DNA from: Vermamoeba vermiformis
Lineage: Eukaryota
NCBI GenBank assembly: GCA_045837725.1
Contig: JBEWZL010000238.1
Span: forward strand, 496,001-530,450
DNA: 34,450 nt
Direction of reading: 5' to 3'
Of this stretch, positions 30,101 through 34,450 are shown in pieces. The position numbers and the translations under genes were made by a program. Position 1 is the stretch's first letter; the number at the start of each line of letters is the position of its first letter. The notes under the pieces were generated by a model. That model was not told where the DNA came from and did not search any database. It saw only the letters and a list, made by a program, of their open reading frames with translations.

Positions 30101-30377
30101 TAGAACTGGTGAGGTAAGTTAAAGTCTTCATGCAAACCTTTGCTAACGTTTGCACAAGGTATTTCAGTTTCAAACCAAGATAAATTGGTCTGGTTGGAAA
30201 TATGTTGTCTATTCATTGGACAATATCAATGACCATTGGGGAGGAAATAATGATAGAATAGCTGATTACCCTCTAAGCTGGCTGTCCTTATTTGTGTATG
30301 GAAACCCTGGAGGCAACTACACACAGTACCAGGGAAATCTGTACATTTCAACTTTAGTTGCTTACTCATTTGCTTAA
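27128..30377 (+). CDS. Secreted/membrane-anchored clan GH-A glycoside hydrolase (GH39/GH5-like) with C-terminal beta-sandwich domain
   Basis: Signal peptide MMKVCLVLAFVTYFLLGCISA. Catalytic domain: VRRDLDWGSVE, acid/base WEMYNEPN, DAVSVHPYR, nucleophile IISGEWGY, SIWYDWRDDG...EHNFG. C-terminal WVYGDGSG...WSGWKYV...HWGG. Confidence 0.88.
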
Positions 30378-30501
30378 TTGTTTTCAATTAGTGATTATAA
30401 TAAAAATGAGGGGCACCTCTCACTGAAAATTCTACGTCTTGCCTACACTACGGAAAAATAATTTTTATTTATTTACTAACACCGAAATTATTATTCGGCG
30501 A

Positions 30502-30816
30502 TTAACCAAGCTTGAAATTATACACCCCAGATGCTATGTAAAATAGATAGTCCAATTGGCGATCCTCTTCTTGCCAAGGCGTGCGAAGGCTGATCCACAG
30601 GTTCTTTAATTGTGCGAAGGTGTTCTCCATTCGTCCGTGAGAATGGTAAATTGCTTTATTATAGTCTTCTTGATCATCAGTAAGTTTTTTAATAATCCTT
30701 TCATTTAGCTCGTTGAAGGTGGGACGACCAACGTTTGGATTTTGGTGCGGTGTGTAAAACTTACACTCTCGCAAATTCTTCCTGCCCCATGAAAAGTGCA
30801 AATTGCCGATAATTAT
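30502..30816 (-). pseudogene. 5'-truncated DDE transposase fragment, PIF/Harbinger/IS5-like (DDE_Tnp_4-type)
   Basis: IIGNLHF...FYTP...LTDDQEDYNKAIYHSHGRMENTFAQLKNLWISL...IASGVYNF follows the HARBI1-type C-terminal pattern (xxgD..y...tP...lt..e..yN..l...R..vE..Fg.LK..w..L). The second catalytic Asp appears as Asn, and no N-terminal half is recognisable. Confidence 0.75.
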
Positions 30817-30889
30817 ACTATATAGGAGGCTACTACAATTTAGGGTTATGCGTTCTACAGGCTGAGAACACCCTTGCCAGATAAGACTA

Positions 30890-31322
30890 GGGCGTAGTCC
30901 TCAAAACTACACCCTTGCAAACTGGAACGGGGGCGTAGTCCTCAAAACTACGCCCTTGCAAACTGGAACGGGGGTGTAGTCCTAAAAACTACGCCCTTGC
31001 AAACTGGAACAGGGGTGTAGTCCTCAAAACTACGCCCTTGCGAACCAGAACAGGGGTGTAGTCCTCAAAACTACTCCCTTGCAAACTGGAACGGGGGCGT
31101 AGTCCTCAAAACTACGCCCTTGCAAACTGGAACAGGGGTGTAGTCCTAAAAACTACGCCCTTACGAACCAGAACAGGGGCGTAGTCCTCGAAACTACACC
31201 CTCACAAGCCAGAAGGGGGGCGTAGTCCTCAAAACTACGCCTTTGCGAAGCAGAACAGGGGCGTAGTCCTTGAAACTACACCCTCACAAGCCAGAACAGG
31301 GTGTAGTCCTCAAAACTACACT
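30890..31322. repeat. Tandem array, 11 copies of a 41-bp unit with an internal hairpin (GGGCGTAGT-N7-ACTACGCCC)
   Basis: GTAGTCCT core at 30894, 30935, 30976, 31017, 31058, 31099, 31140, 31181, 31222, 31263 and 31303 (period 41, last 40). Confidence 0.97.
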
Positions 31323-31345
31323 CCCTGGGGAGCGTATCTTATTTA

Positions 31346-31372
31346 TCATGCTAATTTGCATGCTAATTTGCA
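31346..31372. repeat. Short tandem 12-bp repeat ATGCTAATTTGC x2 containing two ATTTGCAT octamers
   Basis: Sequence reads catgctaatttgcatgctaatttgcatac. Confidence 0.6.
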
Positions 31373-32317
31373 TACTATTTATCGTGATTTTTTTGGGAAG
31401 CCTAACCAAACACCTGTAAACGCACCAGGGTTTTGTTTGTGCTTACTCTGCGATGCCTGCGTCAGTAACGGCAATGGCTGCACCGGAATAAACAAAACAA
31501 TCATTACGTCAAAGCAGATGCGTAGAAAAGAAGCAGGCAAGGTGAGAACAGGAGAGGGTACGAACTCGGCTTGACAGAGAGGACTAGCAAAGGTGTAATG
31601 ACACTGTAAAATGAAAAAAAATAAATTAACGGGTATTGTTGTCTCATTGTTTTAGTTTGTATGATCTGAAGCATTTTTGGCATTACAAATTTCCTTGTTA
31701 CTCAGCACGTGACAGTCGACCAGGGCTTTCTTATTGCCGACGCGCTAGGCTACGTTCACTAACTCGGTTGGATAAGTGCAGCAACAAGGTGCCATTAAAG
31801 CATGTTGTGCACGAAATTAACCAGGGATTTGAGTACCGGATCGAATCAGGGTTTTGAGTAGCAGATCGAATCCGCTTGCTAAATATTCTTTAACAGCATA
31901 TTGTGTCCCGCGACTAACGTCTAAGATAATTAGACTTTGACTCAATGGAGGCAGTTCCAGATTCACCTCGGATCAACATGGTAGCAACGCCATTATAACA
32001 TGACAAGATAAATTATCCATCACCGAACATTAATTAGCAAGATGCGGAAACGTGGGCTTTAAAAAATAATTGGATCAAGTGGGAAACTGGATGCACAAAT
32101 AATTAGTATCGTGTAAATTGCCGATACTGTTGTATCTCTAGACCGGATGATAAATAAAAAAAACACGTAAAATCTAAATTAGTACTGACGAGACGTCAAT
32201 GATCACGTGCTGTTGTTTATTTTTATACGTCCGTAAAAAATTTATTTCAATCTCCCTAACCCAACATAAACACGACGCCACACGTCGTATTTATTATTAA
32301 TTACACGAGTACTGCCC

Positions 32318-32550
32318 AAAGCTCTACTCGTGTAAACCGAAGATTCAGCGCTTCCCAAAGACGTCGCTGTAATCTAAAAATCCGATCAAATCCAAAAGAT
32401 TTGCTTAATCGCAGATATTATATCTAAAGTATAAGATTAAAGCTCTACTCGTGCAACGCAAAGGTTTCAGCGCTTCCCAAAGACGTCGCTGTAATCTAAA
32501 AATCCGGGCAAATCCAAAAGATTTGCTTTAATCGCATTAATATTATATCT
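32318..32550. repeat. Imperfect direct duplication (~110 bp units, period 121) containing hairpins
   Basis: AAAGCTCTACTCGTG...TTCAGCGCTTCCCAAAGACGTCGCTGTAATCTAAAAATCCG..CAAATCCAAAAGATTTGCTT..ATCGCA..ATATTATATCT occurs at 32318-32425 and 32439-32550. Confidence 0.92.
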
Positions 32551-32650
32551 ATAATATAATATTGAAATTATTACGTACGCTCCACTGGCCTACGTGAATT
32601 AATTTGGCTGTCATTTTCTCGATTCAGATTTGATCGACGGAAATTTACAA

Positions 32651-34450
32651 ATGGTACGAATTTATTTGATTAAATAAATGATAATACACGTATTAATTTA
32701 TTACCGTTATTTTTCAGGATCAGCCGCTTCGTGTCAAAGTAGCAAGCTACATCCAGTTTTTAATGTTCGCGTGCAACCGAACACCAGCACCAAACATCGA
32801 TTCCTACGTGTCGAACGTCTGCAAGATGATTGGGCAGTATATCAGCTCGTTCAATCGGCGTGAAGACTTTATCTTCTTCTTCTGCGTGTTCTGGTTTCAC
32901 CAGATGTTGCCAGAACACGAAGACGGCAAGACGTACTTTCCGGCATGGTACAAGTCGTACCGCGATAAAATTACAGCCGCACTTGGAATCGACATGGGCT
33001 CTCCGGCATGGAAAGAATTCGCCAACTTCTTTCACGGGTTTTACTCGATGTTCACGTGTGCCTTGAACATCGCCCAGTCAACCGTCAACAAGATTATCGT
33101 GCACCGGCCAGGCACCAACTATACTCAGGCTCTGCACACTGAGTACTACAAAATATGGATTGCACTGCGTTATCATTATACTTACTGGCGTTCTGAGACC
33201 GAGCTGCGGTCGCTGCTTGGCTCCGTAGACGTTTCTTTGCTTCAATGTGATTACGACCAACCATTTTTTACAAAGTTCACATCATTCACGGTAGCACCAC
33301 TTCATTTGCCTTCAATAGCACCGCACAGCACCGTTAGCGAGACCCCGCAACAGTACCAAAATACGCCGATGGGCTTCGTTTCTGGTTGCACAGGCTTGGG
33401 CTATGCAGCGTTTCATCGTGCCGACTTTCTCAACACGAGCGCGCAAGCAATCTTTGTTGGGGCGAAGAGAAAGCTTGCCCAGACAGAAGAGACGACCCCG
33501 CAGCCCAAAAAACCACGCTTAGACGTTCCTAACCCGGTGCAAGAAGATGATGAGAATTCACTCGTTATTTTAGAACCAGAACCACCAAGTCCAAGTCCAA
33601 GACCCAATTCTCCAGTGGAGCTGGTAAGATCGGCGTGTAAAAGGTTGAAGGAGTAACTAATTTGTTTCCTTGCAGGACTCTCCTCAAATTCGCGTGTCAT
33701 ATTCTTCGTCATCGTCTCCGTCGTCGCCAGCGTCATCATCATTTATATCCGTAGCCGAATCTGAAGGAATTTCTTTCTTGCCGGATGACTTTCAAGCAAA
33801 GTCTTCAACACTACAGGTTACGCACGACGTGTTTACCTCACTGAAGAAAAATCCAAAGGCTCTTTCCCGGTATGAAAGGGTCAAATTAACGGGTTTTTCT
33901 TGCTCCTTGGCCGATCTCAACATCTTCGAATCTGCTCCTTGTTGGACTTTAGTGCTTGAAGATATGACGCTTGCTGAGCAAACTGAATGCAAATCCATTA
34001 AACGGTATGAATTATTTATTACTTCAATATTAGGGTCTAATCTTGTCGCAGGTTGCCGCAAAAGTGTTTGGTCGTAACACCCGATCTTGACACAAATCTC
34101 GTCCAACCTCTGTTAGCTGCCTGCCCGGACTTGGGAGCGATCCAGTTGCTAGGGATTAAGAGTTCTACTACACGGCTTGGTCTGGCGCTGTATAACATGG
34201 CCCGCCTTCAATTTCTTCATCTAGATACGGATGGCCACGTCACCAACTTTTACAATGCTTTCAAAGCGAAGACCTGCACTCAAGTATTGCAGGCAATATT
34301 CAAACGCGCTCCGAACCTCATTGGCTTGTTCATTCCACTGCCAGACGAATCTGTCAGATTGGATTTGTCGTCCGTCAAATTCCCTAAGTCCCTGCATCTG
34401 TTGGGTCTCAAAAGTCACGGGAGTAATTCAACAGTCGATATTCACGCTGT
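32651..34450 (+). CDS. Orphan protein: aromatic-rich helical N-domain, bipartite NLS, Pro/Ser linker, LRR-like C-terminal region; runs off window
   Basis: Inferred exons 32651-32653 (ATG only), 32718-33623, 33676-34004 and 34052->34450 stay in frame with canonical GT-AG sites. Motifs: KRKLAQTEETTPQPKKPR; LLAACPDLGAIQL, LQFLHLD, APNLIGLFI, FPKSLHLLGL. Confidence 0.75.

Noticed and set aside
30405-30430. Possible Harbinger terminal inverted repeat (GGGCACCTCTCA) downstream of the transposase
   Set aside because: No matching inverted copy or target-site duplication was found in the window.
30838-30848. TTTAGGGTTA telomere-like motif
   Set aside because: Single occurrence, not an array.
30890-31322. 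CRISPR array interpretation of the palindromic repeats
   Set aside because: The inter-hairpin segments are only ~14 nt and are mutational variants of one sequence, not unique spacers. There are no cas genes and the context is eukaryotic.
31380-31860. Splice-like signals on the minus strand and short ORFs between the array and the hairpin cluster
   Set aside because: Translations gave no coherent protein and no DDE N-terminal motifs, so I cannot link them to the transposase.
31828-31873. Short direct repeat TTTGAGTA..(G/A)GATCGAATC x2
   Set aside because: Only two imperfect ~20-bp copies with no assignable function.

Overview
Gene-dense eukaryotic (protist, probably amoebozoan-like) genomic DNA with many short (~40-60 nt) GT-AG introns, so the ORF track fragments most genes. 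Manual splicing gives about 13 protein-coding genes. In order: a TKL-type protein kinase (running off the left edge), a KCTD/BTB protein, REX1B-like, secernin-like C69 peptidase, a highly divergent G-alpha, a COPI-associated/Tvp15-like membrane protein, an ARM-repeat protein, an ABCC/MRP transporter, an adenine/adenosine deaminase, a C2-arrestin, a large helical-repeat protein with a C-terminal Cys-rich finger, a bacterial-like secreted clan-A glycoside hydrolase, and an orphan NLS/LRR-like protein (running off the right edge). The most unusual part is 30.0-32.6 kb. It holds a dead Harbinger/IS5-like transposase fragment next to an 11 x 41-bp hairpin array whose variation is almost entirely CpG->TpG/CpA decay, a decayed 20-bp palindrome, local CpG depletion reaching into the neighbouring host gene, and a duplicated cluster of hairpins with a shared CCAAA loop core. 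Exon boundaries and family calls are by eye; no database searches were run.
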